DNA of 64,000 nt from Octopus sinensis. Lineage: Eukaryota. The translations under genes were made by a program, and so were the position numbers. Each line of letters opens with the position of its first letter. Position 1 is the first letter of the stretch. Below, piece after piece: positions 1 through 12,617 of this stretch. Below the pieces are notes generated by a model, which saw nothing but the letters and a program-made list of their open reading frames with translations, ran no database searches and was not told the origin of the DNA. The stretch spans positions 70,184,001 through 70,248,000 of the forward strand of contig NC_042998.1 in NCBI RefSeq assembly GCF_006345805.1. Direction: 5' to 3'.

Positions 1-239
1 TATCCTTCGAAACGTTTAGTAGATGAAACCTTAGCGACTGAAGAAGGGGATTTTTCGTTGTGCTTATTGTCTTGTATCTCTTTTTTTGCTTGTCTTGTTC
101 CTTGGTTTGTGTCTATGTTTTTCGTCTCTCTATGTGTTCGACGTCTTTTTGGTGTCCTGTACACAATATCGTGTATATGTACATGTAGAGGTAGGTACGT
201 ACATATATGTTTATATATATGCATATGTTCTATTTTATT

Positions 240-240
<1 letters not shown>
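1..240 (+). mobile_element. Penelope-like (pLTR-type) relic, truncated by the window edge
   Basis: CGAAACG and CTGAAGAAGG motifs followed by a T-rich tract. Resembles the reverse complement of 25440-25575 (CTRATGAA.GG...TTGTCTTGT...GTCCTGTAC). The family call is inference. Confidence 0.35.
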
Positions 241-296
<56 letters not shown>

Positions 297-332
297 TTAT
301 TATACATCAATCACACACATACACATATATGA

Positions 333-545
333 AGGTGACGAGCAAACAATCATTTGTTTGGTAGGCTAAATGCTTAGTGGTATTTCGTTCGTTTTTACGT
401 TCAGAGTTCAAATATCGTCGAAGTTGAGACTCAGCCTTGCATCCTTTTGGGGTCGATAAATAAGTACCAGTTGTGCACTGGTGTCATCGTAGTCAACTTT
501 CCCCTTGCTTCGAAACTACTGGCCTTGTGCCAAAATTTGAAACCT
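333..545 (+). mobile_element. SINE family B, diverged copy
   Basis: Core GCCTTGCATCCTTTTGGGGTCGATAAATAAGTACCAGTT and GGCCTTGTGCC-type tail, shared with other copies in the window. Confidence 0.7.
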
Positions 546-3500
546 ATATGTATTGTGTGTGTGTGTTGTGTGTTGATTATTGGCGGAGTTTATGTGTATA
601 TATATATAATGTGTGTGTGTGTGTGTGTGTGTATATGCATATGTAAATATGCACACATGTATATACATACACACATGTTTATGTCACTGTGCATGTACAC
701 ACACATGTGGTAAGAACAACCCCTGACGTACGTCTAGTACCGTCTCTACCACGACTGCTCGGTCTTATTCTTTACTTATATTTTTCAGTCGCACCCTGTT
801 AGGACCCTATCATCCACTATCTCGTTACTTCCTTCAAATGTCAGAGAATGAACTGAGGGAGATTTGGCTGCTTTTGCTACCCAATCAGGCAGTGGTCCCC
901 CATTTGAAACTAAGAAAATGTTTATATTACGAAGTTTATAACACATGCACACACTCGTACGCGCCATTGTTCGAGCGCGCAAACAAACATATACACACAT
1001 TCATACATACACACACATTCAAACACACACATGCGCACACATGTATACATCTTTAAACACACGTATGCATATATGCGCGCACAATTATCTGTGTTTATAA
1101 TTTCTTACATAGTTTGTGTATACGCAGGATAGACTGGACTAAACTGATCGTATAACTGCGTCATTACATTCACCCCTTGTTCACTGTATTTTTTTATTAT
1201 TTTATTCTATACACCCTGTCCCTCTCATTTCTCGAGGGAGTGTATATACATGCATATGTTTAATTAATTTAATATATAATTTCTCTCTCCACTCTCTCTA
1301 TATATTGTTTGTTTTTATGTTATAATACAGTTATACATTAAACTGAAGGATTACTCATTACATTTGGTAAAGTACAAATGTATTATCCTTTAACAAGAAT
1401 AGTTTTGATAATGACTTCGAAGTTTTGGCCAGCTAAGTTTGACAGTGACTCCGAAGTTTTGGCCATCATCGGACACTGTACGTTCATTCGTCCTTTTGAC
1501 ACATCTTGTTTTTAGTCCGACTGGGTTTTGAGCTACCCTCCTCACCAGGCAAGCCTAGTGGTGGTGCCACTTTAGTCACTGGCGACCCGACCATGCAACA
1601 AGTTGTACTGGCTTCCATGTTACCAGTAGCATGCATGGAAGACCTCAAAAGTGACCTGATAGAAAAGAACGGGTGAACTTAGTGTAGGTTCAACGACTAG
1701 CTAGCAAATAACATTGTGTCCTCAGAAATACCAGATTGATGTCCGGCATGCTGGATGACCACTGGGAGTGATGCACCCCTCAGCTTTTGTTAAAGTTGGT
1801 CTGTAGAAGGTCACTGATATAAAACAAGATACGCAGGGAATGGCATTAAACATTTTGGAGATCATTTGCCTGAGCTTCGGATCATGGCGCTCCCACGTTC
1901 TTGACACTGCGACCCATATTGGTACTGAATATCTTGCCCTGGCTTGTCTCTGGACCATGTCTGTAGAGTGGAGAGGGTCTTTGAGATGATGTGCAAGCCT
2001 TATTGGACCTAAACTTTTATGTTACGCAATCGCCGGCGAGGCGACAATCAAGGGTGCTGTGGCGAGCATGGAAGCCGCAGACGCGAACCCGGGTGAAGCT
2101 GACTGGCACAGGAGCTACTGGTATTTTGCATTGACAATGGTCAGAAACGGTCTTCCTCAATCACAGGTGGACAGCCACCATGTATGTATGTATACATGTA
2201 TGAATGTATATATATATGTATGTGTGTGTAAATATACATACATTTTTTTGTGAGTTCTCTACATATATATATATATATATATATAATATATTATAGTATT
2301 ACGTACGTACATACATATTTATACACACGTTTATAAATACAGTATAGAGCGTATACATGATGTTTGAATCGTAGATGTGTATATTAGTCGAAGGTACTAA
2401 ACACCTCACTCGGTCTAAAGATTTGTAACAGATTTCCAGTTTAAAGATACCTTCCTTACTGAAGCCCATCGCTCTCGGAAGCCTTATAACTTGTCATGGG
2501 CACTAATTTTAAAAAGGAAGTAGGCTCGCGCGCACACACGCACACGCACATACACACACACAAGCGAGTGTCTTGTGTGAATTATGAAAACCTGATTGAT
2601 CAGGTCTTTGGTGAAAGGTATTCCAGCGTGGTTATTCCATTTTTTTAAGGGGTATCTACGACTACATTATCTACCTATTAGAGAAGTCAGCTACACAACA
2701 AGGGTTTTAGCAACACCCGAAATAAAAGACGCTTAGATGCCTCCTTAAATAATGAAAAAAAAATTCAGCATTTTTTCTCATTGCGCCCAACGGTGACTCT
2801 CCCTTCATGCTACGTCACTGGTTGGGGGTTTAGTGAGGGTCATTTTAGTTGCTATTTCTAGTACATCGAGTAACTACACTGAGACGTCCTCGTGTTACTA
2901 TAAGCTAGAATAATCATTCTGAAGTAAGTATGTATGTATGTATGTATGCATGTAGCTATCTGTTGTATGGTCAAATGGTTTATGAATTCGCTTCATAACA
3001 ATGAGGTTCCGGGTTCGATCCCACTGCATGGTATGTTGTGCAAATGTAATTTTCTATAGAATCAAGTCGACCGATTCATTCTGAATAAAACTGGGTTGAC
3101 GGAAATTGTGTGGAAGCCTGTGTGATGGATTGCACCTGTAACAGCTTGTTCATACACCGTAGCACGTTGATTCTCACAGACAGTTATTACGTTAAAGGCA
3201 CGTATATCTATGGAATACTCAGCCATTTTCACGTTAATTTACTAAGTAATTTAGCTGATCGAATGACAGAATCGTCTTCGAAGAAACCGGTGGAGATTCA
3301 TATGAATGTGTGTATATACACATACATACATACATACATACATACATACATACATACATACATAGATAGCTCTACGTGTGTACACACACACACACACACA
3401 CACATGTTGAGTGAAGCCGCTGTCTTACAAGTTTTGCCGTTTCGTCGTTTGTATTTTTTAAAACCAATCTTTTCCTCCATTCTCCGTTTTGAGCTTCCTT

Positions 3501-3895
3501 TATCACACGGACCCGGACCGATCTAGCATGCATTTAAATATCGGTTTATCTTCCATTCTTGTGTTTTACTGGACTTAGTAATCCATTGGCTTTCAACGTT
3601 GCACATCCGCTTTTGCCCACATACTCTCCTTATTGGAAAATCCCAGTGGAGGGCTTGATTAGTCATCCGACACGCGACCATGAACATATAGTACTGAATA
3701 TGTGTGTGTATGTGTGTGTGTGTGAGCAGAAAAGTGCAAAGGCATGAGAAAAGAAATAGTACTCGTTGCAAAATGTAGGGTCAATTATTAAGTTTTACTG
3801 AAGCTGTAAAACTTTTTAAACCCGTTTCTCTGAGTTTCCGCCTGATGATCAAAAGCGTGAAACTCGGAACAATAGTTTGTGGCATTTTTCATCTT

Positions 3896-3934
<39 letters not shown>

Positions 3935-4020
3935 ATTGTATACAAGCAGTTTTATTTGTTTATTCGCATAATTATATTACGTAATTGTATATATATATAT
4001 ATATATAGTGTGTGTGTGTG

Positions 4021-4249
4021 TTTTCTTATTACCCACAAGGGGCTAAACATAGAGTGGACAAATAAAGATAGACAAACGAATTAAGTCGATTACAACGACC
4101 CCAGTATGTAACTGGTACTTAATTTATCGACCCCGAAAGGATGAAAGGCAAAGTCGACCTCGGCGGAATTTGAACTCAGAACGCAGCGGCGGACGAAATA
4201 CCGCAAAGCATTTCGCCCAGCGTGCTAACGATTCTGCCAGCTTGCCGCC
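4021..4249 (-). mobile_element. SINE family B, full length (tRNA-like head, conserved core, tail type 1)
   Basis: Minus strand reads GGCGGCAAGCTGGCAGAATCGTTAGCACGC...GAGTTCAAATTCC (B-box-like)...CCTTTCATCCTTTCGGGGTCGATAAATTAAGTACC...CCCCTTGTGGGTAATAAGAAAA. Near-identical to 15656-15879 and 35938-36163. Confidence 0.85.
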
Positions 4250-4258
4250 TTTTATATA

Positions 4259-4302
<44 letters not shown>

Positions 4303-5008
4303 CTGTATATATATACACACATATACATAAAATTGTATGTATGTGTGTGTGTGTGTGAAATTATGTATAAATTTATGCACACATGTATGTGTATTGATGT
4401 TGTGAATGTTTATATGTGTGTTTATGTATGTACATACGTCTTCATGCGATAGTTTGAGAATCTTAGTCTCCAAAATGTTGGTTATGTAAATACAGTATAG
4501 AGCGTGTGTGAACATCTCAGTTTAGCTAACGACCTTTCTTATGTATATGAAGGCGTGTATAGATGTGTGTGTGTGTGTGTGTAGTACCTCCTCTGAAGCT
4601 TTAATTTATGGAGGTGACTCAAAAGATCCCACCAGTGTCTCCCACGGTACATATTTATTATATGTCGTACTGTGTTGCTGGTGGCGGCGGTGGTGGTGGT
4701 ACAAGTGCTGTACCAGTGGAAGTAAACTGTTAGGAAACTTTTTGATAATTTCCTCTTCTTCTGCCTTCTTTATCGTCGTCGTCGTCATCACCATCATCGC
4801 CATCATCATCATCATCGTCATCATCAATTGCTGAATACATACATGCTTTTATACATACATACATACATACATATATATATATAATTGCTGTTTGATTGAG
4901 AGCAAATTGTAAGCTAATTACTGGATAAAGTCACCAAATGATCCTTATGTGATTAATTCAATCGGATTAGTTGAATGTAATCCGGCAATATCATACTACC
5001 AGTGTACA

Positions 5009-5040
<32 letters not shown>

Positions 5041-5567
5041 ATACACACACACGCACACACACACACACACATTTAAGGCTTGATTTTAACGTGCGTCATA
5101 CTCCTGCCTCTTCCATTTCTGTTTGTTTATACTGTATAGGCGTGTGTGCATGCATGCGTGCAAGAGTGTACTCGCACGCACACACGCACACATGTAATGG
5201 TTGAGTAGTTTTGGGGCTACCATCCTATGGTTTATGCGTTCGGACCCACAGAAGGATGTTTTATTTTGTTTCATGTCCAAAATCATATCTTCCATATTGC
5301 TTTCTGGATTCTCTCTGAGACCTGTTGCCAAGAATAAGTATAAGATCAATCTAGACGTATCTTAGACTACAGTCCCATATAACTGGTAAGAATAGGTATC
5401 CAATCAATGTGGTTCAATCTCAGATCACAGTCCACAAATCAATTTTCGTAGATGTCAGTAATAACTACCAGATCAATACGAGATCAATGTAGTTCATTCT
5501 CTGACCATAGTCCACCAATCAGTCCATCTAACTGTCTGTAATAGCACCCAGATAAATCTAGTTCAAT

Positions 5568-5640
5568 CTCAGCCCACAATCTCACCAATCAGCCCACAAT
5601 CTCACCAATCAGCCCACAATCTCATCAATCAGCCCACACA
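5568..5640. repeat. 20-bp minisatellite CAGCCCACAATCTCACCAAT (about 3.5 copies) at the end of a degenerate tandem block starting ~5340
   Basis: Direct tandem copies are visible in the sequence. Confidence 0.8.
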
Positions 5641-5932
5641 AATGTTACTAAGATCAACCACGTTGATGGATTTCAGTAATCGTCTGCAGCCCTCCAATCG
5701 CCACCATTTTTTTTTTGACATAGCAATGTAATTTAGATTCTCGTTCTTCTTACAAACAGTGTGTAATAGTTGGTGTGCAATATTAAAAATTCACAATGTG
5801 GACATCATTTATCAGTCTGTCTCTTTCTCTGTCTGTCTGTCTGTCTCTCTCTCATTGTGTTTCGTCTTTCTTCTGTCTGGTATAATTCCCTCTCTGTATT
5901 TACAATAATGATAACAACACAACAACAACAAT

Positions 5933-6280
5933 AACAAGAGCACTCAGAGAGCGTAAACCTCCGCTAAGGCAACACCAACGTCCTCTCAACGATTAGCTAG
6001 AGATAATTTTTAAAATGAGAATATCTGAAATAAACTCAACTGCTCTCATAAACGAGGATACTAAAAATGAACCCGACCGCTCTCAAAAATTAAGTAAAAG
6101 ACAGGAAAATTAATCCAGAATCCTTGTCCGATACCGGATCAATTCCGAAATCGAATCAGTTAGTGCCAGTCACAAGGCCAAACATCCCTGAAAGTTTCAT
6201 CCGAATATATCCAGCAGTTCTTGAGATATCTTGTCCACGGACAAACTAACAAACACAACTGAAAACAAAACCTCCGCCTT
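5933..6280 (+). mobile_element. Non-autonomous Helentron/HINE-like element
   Basis: AAACCTCCGC motif near both ends, plus AAAGTTTCATCCGAAT...TTCTTGAGATATC...ACAAAC-type microrepeat. This layout is recalled from Helentron-associated elements. Confidence 0.45.
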
Positions 6281-6407
6281 ACCATTCATTCAGAGTTGTG
6301 TAAATACGGTCACGTATATAATCACATACATTTGGTTATATAACATTGGGTGCAACATATATAAGTACTTTTTACGCACACACACACACACACAGAGTAT
6401 ATGTATG

Positions 6408-6440
<33 letters not shown>

Positions 6441-6553
6441 TGTGCTTATATATGCTGTATGCATATATATATGTGTGTGTGTGTTATATGTTATATTATA
6501 TATTATATATATATACAGCATATATAAAGTATGTTTGTATATATATATATTAT

Positions 6554-6611
<58 letters not shown>

Positions 6612-6787
6612 TACAACAACACAGTATAAAAGAAGCCACGCTGGTACTCAATGATCTCAGGTCGTCTTGACATTGGATCCAAATACCGATTTCTGATTAA
6701 GGTATATGAGAGATGTTTGCTGCAAACCATTCCGCCTTATATTCATTACACACTGGCATTCCACCGCCAAACGGGTAATGATATACA

Positions 6788-6825
<38 letters not shown>

Positions 6826-7142
6826 TGCACCCGACATACGTACACACATACACATACACATAATTGTCTCCAGGGATTAAGCTTTCAGCATCTTTAGCTC
6901 CCATCTCAAGATTACATATGCTGCCGTATTTAATGTATTGCGGCTGACGTATGTATCTTTTGATATTTGAGTCATCATCTTCTTGTGTACAGAGGAGAAT
7001 CTGGGACTCTTTCAGCCTGACAATATTCGCTTCACTTACTTCGTCGGCGACCCGGAATGACCAACAACGAAATCAGATTTTTTTTTTTTCTTCTAGAAAA
7101 TGTTTTAGAAACAAGCGAAATTCATTTAAAATGAAATGTCTC

Positions 7143-7215
<73 letters not shown>

Positions 7216-7592
7216 TATATGTATATATATATGTATATATATATATGTATATATATATATGTATATATATATGTATATATATATATGTATATATATATGT
7301 ATATATATATATGTATATATATATGTATATATATATATGTATATATATATATGTGTTTATATATATATATATGTATATATATATGTTTATATATATATGT
7401 ATATATATATATGTATATATATATATATGTATATATATATGTGTATATATATATATGTGTATATATATATATGTGTATATATATATATGTATATATATAT
7501 ATGATATATATGTATATATATATATGTATATATATATGATATGTATATATATGTATATATATATATGTATATATATGTATGTATATATATAT

Positions 7593-7638
<46 letters not shown>

Positions 7639-7639
7639 T

Positions 7640-7671
<32 letters not shown>

Positions 7672-7683
7672 TATATGTTTGTA

Positions 7684-7715
<32 letters not shown>

Positions 7716-7735
7716 GTATATGTATATGTATGTAT

Positions 7736-7769
<34 letters not shown>

Positions 7770-7797
7770 GTATATATATGTATGTATATATAATAAT

Positions 7798-7879
<82 letters not shown>
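7143..7879. repeat. ~700-bp compound (AT)n/(TATG)n microsatellite followed by (AG)n
   Basis: Seen directly. Source of the spurious YI-rich ORFs. Confidence 0.95.
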
Positions 7880-7885
<6 letters not shown>

Positions 7886-8297
7886 ACAGAGATATTGTTT
7901 TGAGTACGATGTATGAAAGTAGTCTTTCGAAGAAGAATATCTATCTGTCTGTCTGTCGATCGATCAATATTTGTGCGTTTGTTTGTGTATGTGCGTGTGT
8001 TTGTATATTTTGTGTATTGGCGATGACGAGAGAAGGATGGGAGTTGTCGAGAGGGGGTAGAAATTTGCATGAATTTCTTTGACACGTGACTATATAACTG
8101 AATAGAACACGTATATTCCAGTCACTTATTGTTGTGACTCTGGAAAGAATTGTGCTCAGATCGTAAAGGTACGAAAGTAAATACTGCAAAATGAATGTAG
8201 ATAAAACAATGTCACATTTCAAACCTGAGAAAAGTCTTGCATAGTATTACTGTTCCGCTTACAAATTATATTTGTAACGTGCGAATGAATTGGTTGG

Positions 8298-8390
8298 AGA
8301 AGACACTTGACCAAGACACCACGCAGTGGGACTAAACTCGGAACCATGTGGTTGGGAAGCAAGCTTCTTACCACATAGCCACGTCTGCGC
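8298..8390 (-). mobile_element. SINE family A, 5' head fragment
   Basis: Reverse complement matches the array unit (GCAG..GTGGCT.TGTGGTAAG.AGCTTGC...CCCACTGCGTGG). Confidence 0.75.
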
Positions 8391-8401
8391 TTACACACAC
8401 A

Positions 8402-8441
<40 letters not shown>

Positions 8442-9789
8442 CTCAAGAGAAAGGATCATATAGGCCTAGATACAATATTTGTTGAAGAAAAGATGAGATG
8501 GTCATAGTTGGAACGTTTTTAACAATAGGCGTGACTATTGGGGCCTGATCTTCGACGAGATAACCAACAACACTAGTACCACATCATTATCTAAATGGTG
8601 TGTTTCAAATGTGCTGGAGTAAAACTTTTAACTTATGTTGTCTAGGTTCACCCAGAGAGCATCACGACCTATCCATGTGGAGTAATCACACCTCATCCTT
8701 ACGACGTGTCTGAAGCAAGGTCTAGCTAACAAGTCTCATGAGACTTTTTTTTTAAGAACCATCGAAGGAGATTCGTTCGACCCGCTCGAATTAGTAACCA
8801 AACCTCCCTCAAAACATACCCTATCGTCCTAGAAACAACTTGTTTGATAATGTGGTTCGGGATTTCGTGCACATACGAAAAAAAAAAGGAGGATCACGGT
8901 CGGAATATCTTTGATCATAGATCTGTTCAATTATAGTTGAAGTTAAAGGGCAGCAACGAAATCTGGTTCATCACATGTGTACCTACACACTGTCAACTAT
9001 ACATACACGTGTAGTGCACATTTATATACAAATATTATATCCATAAAAACAGATCACATACATACATACATACATACATACATACATACATACATACATA
9101 CATACATACGCATGTGTATGTATGTACGTAAAGTGCATTAAACGTATTGAGCACTCTTTTAGAAATAGTACTACTTGGTACGCCCTACTTACTCTCTCTC
9201 TCTCTCGTGTCTCAGTGTGTGTATGTGTGTGTTCATACATATCTTTGTATGTATGTAACGTGTGTGTGTGCTATCCTTTTCAAGGCCAAACAAAAGATTG
9301 GATAAGGGTTTTAAAATGATCTTTTCAAGCCATATTGTATCAAATTGTATTTATGAGTGTATGTATATGTGTATGAATGTATTTGTGTGTGTGTGTGTGT
9401 GTATGTGTGTGTGCGCGCGTGCGCGCATCTTTCCTACCACTTTGGTGTGACGTTTAAAGGATTACTAAGAGTGAAGTGTGTATACAATATATAATTTCGC
9501 TCTCAACTTCTTGGTTCATTTTAGGACATTCTATTGAAATGAATTGAAGCTATTGTTCTTTGTTTGGTGCCAGTCACCATAGAGTTGTATGTATGTCATC
9601 TAAGCGACACACACACACATAATATACGCATATACATCACATGCGCGCTTGTTATTTCTCCTGTCCTGTTTTAGATTCCGAGTTCTAAGCACTTTCGCTT
9701 CATTGTTGAGGATGAGAAGTGCATGAATACCATTGCTTCTGTCTACTCTTCAAGGCATTACATCAAGGATAACAACGACGAGGGTGATA

Positions 9790-9921
9790 ATTTCTTTGCC
9801 ACAAGGGCGTCGGATGAAGGAAACATTACAAAGCTGGGTTGCAGTTTGTGTGGTGTGGTTTATGTAAAATCGAGTGAAGAAAAAAACGTGGGGGAGAAAT
9901 GAGATGAAAAGTTTGCACAAA
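9790..9921 (-). mobile_element. 3' terminus of a Tx1/L1-like LINE (continues at 12290-12617, split by the SINE array)
   Basis: Minus strand ends TTTCCTTCATCCGACGCCCTTGTGGCAAAGAAAT. The same GCGTCGGATGAAGGAAAC motif recurs at 12642-12659. Confidence 0.55.
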
Positions 9922-11452
9922 GGCGCAGGAGTGGCTGTGTGGTAAGTAGCTTGCTAACCAACCACATGATTCCGGGTTCAGTCCCACTGCGTGGCACCTT
10001 GGGCAAATGTCTTCTGCTATAGCCCCGGGCCGACCAATGCCTTGTGAGTGGATTTGGTAGATGGAAACTGAAAGAAGCCCGTCGTATATATGTATATATA
10101 TATATATATATATACTGGTGCAGGAGTGGCTGTGTGGTAAGTAGCTTGCTAACCAACCACATGATTCCGGGTTCAGTCCCACTGCGTGGCACCTTGGGCA
10201 AATGTCTTCTGCTATAGCCCCGGGCCGACCAATGCCTTGTGAGTGGATTTGGTAGATGGAAACTGAAAGAAGCCCGTCGTATATATGTATATATATATAT
10301 ATATATATATACTGGTGCAGGAGTGGCTGTGTGGTAAGTAGCTTGCTAACCAACCACATGATTCCGGGTTCAGTCCCACTGCGTGGCACCTTGGGCAAAT
10401 GTCTTCTGCTATAGCCCCGGGCCGACCAATGCCTTGTGAGTGGATTTGGTAGATGGAAACTGAAAGAAGCCCGTCGTATATATGTATATATAATATATAT
10501 ATATATACTGGTGCAGGAGTGGCTGTGTGGTAAGTAGCTTGCTAACCACCACATGATTCCGGGTTCAGTCCCCTTGCGTGGCACCTTGGGCAAATGTCTT
10601 CTGCTATAGCCCCGGGCCGACCAATGCCTTGTGAGTGGATTTGGTAGATGGAAACTGAAAGAAGCCCGTCGTATATATGTATATATATATATATATATAT
10701 ACTGGTGCAGGAGTGGCTGTGTGGTAAGTAGCTTGCTAACAACCACATGATTCCGGGTTCAGTCCCACTGCGTGGCACCTTGGGCAAATGTCTTCTGCTA
10801 TAGCCCCGGGCCGACCAATGCCTTGTGAGTGGATTTTGTAGATGGAACTGAAAGAAGCCCGTCGTATATATGTATATATATATATATATATATACTGGTG
10901 CAGGAGTGGCTGTGTGGTAAGTAGCTTGCTAACCAACCACATGATTCCGGGTTCAGTCCCACTGCGTGGCACCTTGGCAAATGTCTTCTGCTATAGCCCC
11001 GGGCCGACCAATGCCTTGTGAGTGGATTTGGTAGATGGAACTGAAAGAAGCCCGTCGTATATATGTATATATATATATATATATTATATACTGGTGCAGG
11101 AGTGGCTGTGTGGTAAGTAGCTTGCTAACCAACCACATGATTCCGGTTCAGTCCCACTGCGTGGCACCTTGGGCAAATGTCTTCTGCTATAGCCCCGGGC
11201 CGACCAATGCCTTGTGAGTGGATTTGGTAGATGGAAAACTGAAGAGAAGCCCGTCGTATATATGTATATATATATAATATATATATACTGGTGCAGGAGT
11301 GGCTGTGTGGTAAGTAGCTTGCTAACCAACCACATGATTCCGGTTCAGTCCCACTGCGTGGCACCTTGGGCAATGTCTTCTGCTATAGCCCCGGGCCGAC
11401 CAATGCCTTGTGAGTGGATTTGGTAGATGGAAACTGAAAGAAGCCCGTCGTA

Positions 11453-11484
<32 letters not shown>

Positions 11485-12288
11485 ACTGGTGCAGGAGTGG
11501 CTGTGTGGTAAGTAGCTTGCTAACCAACCACATGGTTCCGGTTCAACCCCACTGCATGGCACCTTGGGCAAATGTCTTCTGCTATAGCCCCGGGCCGACC
11601 AATGCCTTGTGAGTGGATTTGGTAGATGGAAACTGAAAGAAGCCCGTCGTATATATGTATATATATATATATATATATATACTGTGCAGGAGTGGCTGTG
11701 TGGTAAGTAGCTTGCTAACCAACCACATGGTTCCGGGTTCAACCCCACTGCATGGCACCTTGGGCAAATGTCTTCTGCTATAGCCCCTGGCCGACCAATG
11801 CCTTGTGAGTGGATTTGGTAGATGGAAACTGAAAGAAGCCCGTCGTATATATGTATATATATATATATATATATATACTGGTGCAGGAGTGGCTGTGTGG
11901 TAAGTAGCTTGCTAACCAACCACATGGTTCCGGGTTCAGTCCCACTGCGTGGCATCTTGGGCAAGTGTCTTCTGCTATAGCCCCGGGCCGACCAATGCCT
12001 TGTGAGTGGATTGGTAGACGGAAACTGAAAGAAGCCTGTCGTATATATGTATATAATATAATGTATGTGTGTGTGTTTGTGTGTCTGTGTTTGTTCCCCT
12101 AGCATTGCTTGACAACTGATGCTGGTGTGTTTACGTCCCCGTCACTTAGCGGTTCGGCAAAAAGAGACCGATAGAATAAGTACTGGACTTACAAAAAGAA
12201 TAAGTCCCGGGATCGAGTTGCTCGACTAAAGGCGGTGCTCCAGCATGGCCGCAGTCAAATGACTGAAACGAGTAAAAGAGTAAGAGTA
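9922..12288 (+). repeat. Tandem array of 11 SINE-A 5' halves (period 193-198 bp) ending in a single SINE 3' tail
   Basis: GCAGGAGTGGCTGTGTGGTAAG starts at 9925, 10120, 10317, 10513, 10707, 10900, 11096, 11293, 11491, 11686 and 11883. Each unit ends in (TA)n. Only the last unit continues into the tail (...CCAGCATGGCCGCAGTCAAATGACTGAAAC). Confidence 0.95.
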
Positions 12289-12289
12289 A

Positions 12290-12617
12290 TATTTAATTCA
12301 TGGATGATACAGTTTCCCTGATACAAGAAGACTTCTAACAAGGGCTAATAAAAACCGCACAGATACAAGATCACCCTGACCACTGGGGGTACAAGTCCTC
12401 CCCCAGCTGTTGTTCTCCGATCAACAGGGGCATGTTTAAAGTAGTTCCATCCACTCTAGCCATTTTCGCCACAGTCACCCACCTTTTGGCAAATTCACTG
12501 AATGAGAGCCAGCACTTCCCTCTCATCTTCACCTCCTTTTACAAATGGTACTCGTTGATGAAAAAGTTGACGGTTTCACTGCAGAGGAAGGTGTCTGTCT
12601 TCAAACTTTTTGAATAA
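12290..12617 (-). pseudogene. Tx1/L1-like LINE ORF2 C-terminus plus 3' UTR, decayed
   Basis: Minus-strand translation LKTDTFLCSETVNFFINEYHL*KEVKMRGKCWLSFSEFAKRWVTVAKMARVDGTTLNMPL resembles C-termini of Tx1/L1-type ORF2 (recognised from memory). Contains a stop codon. Confidence 0.55.

Noticed and set aside
1-55. Permuted (type II) hammerhead GAAAC...CTGAAGA
   Set aside because: Stem I does not pair, the first pair of stem II is mismatched, and the sequence is truncated by the window edge.
3830-3870. CTGATGA...GAAAC hammerhead-like spacing
   Set aside because: There is no stem II between the motifs, and GAAACTC pairs fully with the upstream GAGTTTC. It is a plain hairpin.
6951-8085. YI/VC-rich ORFs up to 280 aa, and similar ORFs throughout the window
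   Set aside because: These are translations of dinucleotide microsatellites, which lack stop codons.
9675-9902. 75-codon open frame after a good TTTTAG acceptor (IPSSKHFRFIVEDEK...)
   Set aside because: Its second half overlaps the antisense LINE 3' end, no donor or homology is recognised, and chance openness is likely. It is not fully excluded.
9922-12050. CRISPR-like repeat/spacer appearance
   Set aside because: The units are ~160 bp of SINE sequence separated only by (TA)n. There are no unique spacers or cas genes, and the context is eukaryotic.
9826-12105. Long minus-strand ORFs (306 aa, 240 aa) with repeated peptides
   Set aside because: They are antisense translations of the SINE array units, and the frame changes with (TA)n length.
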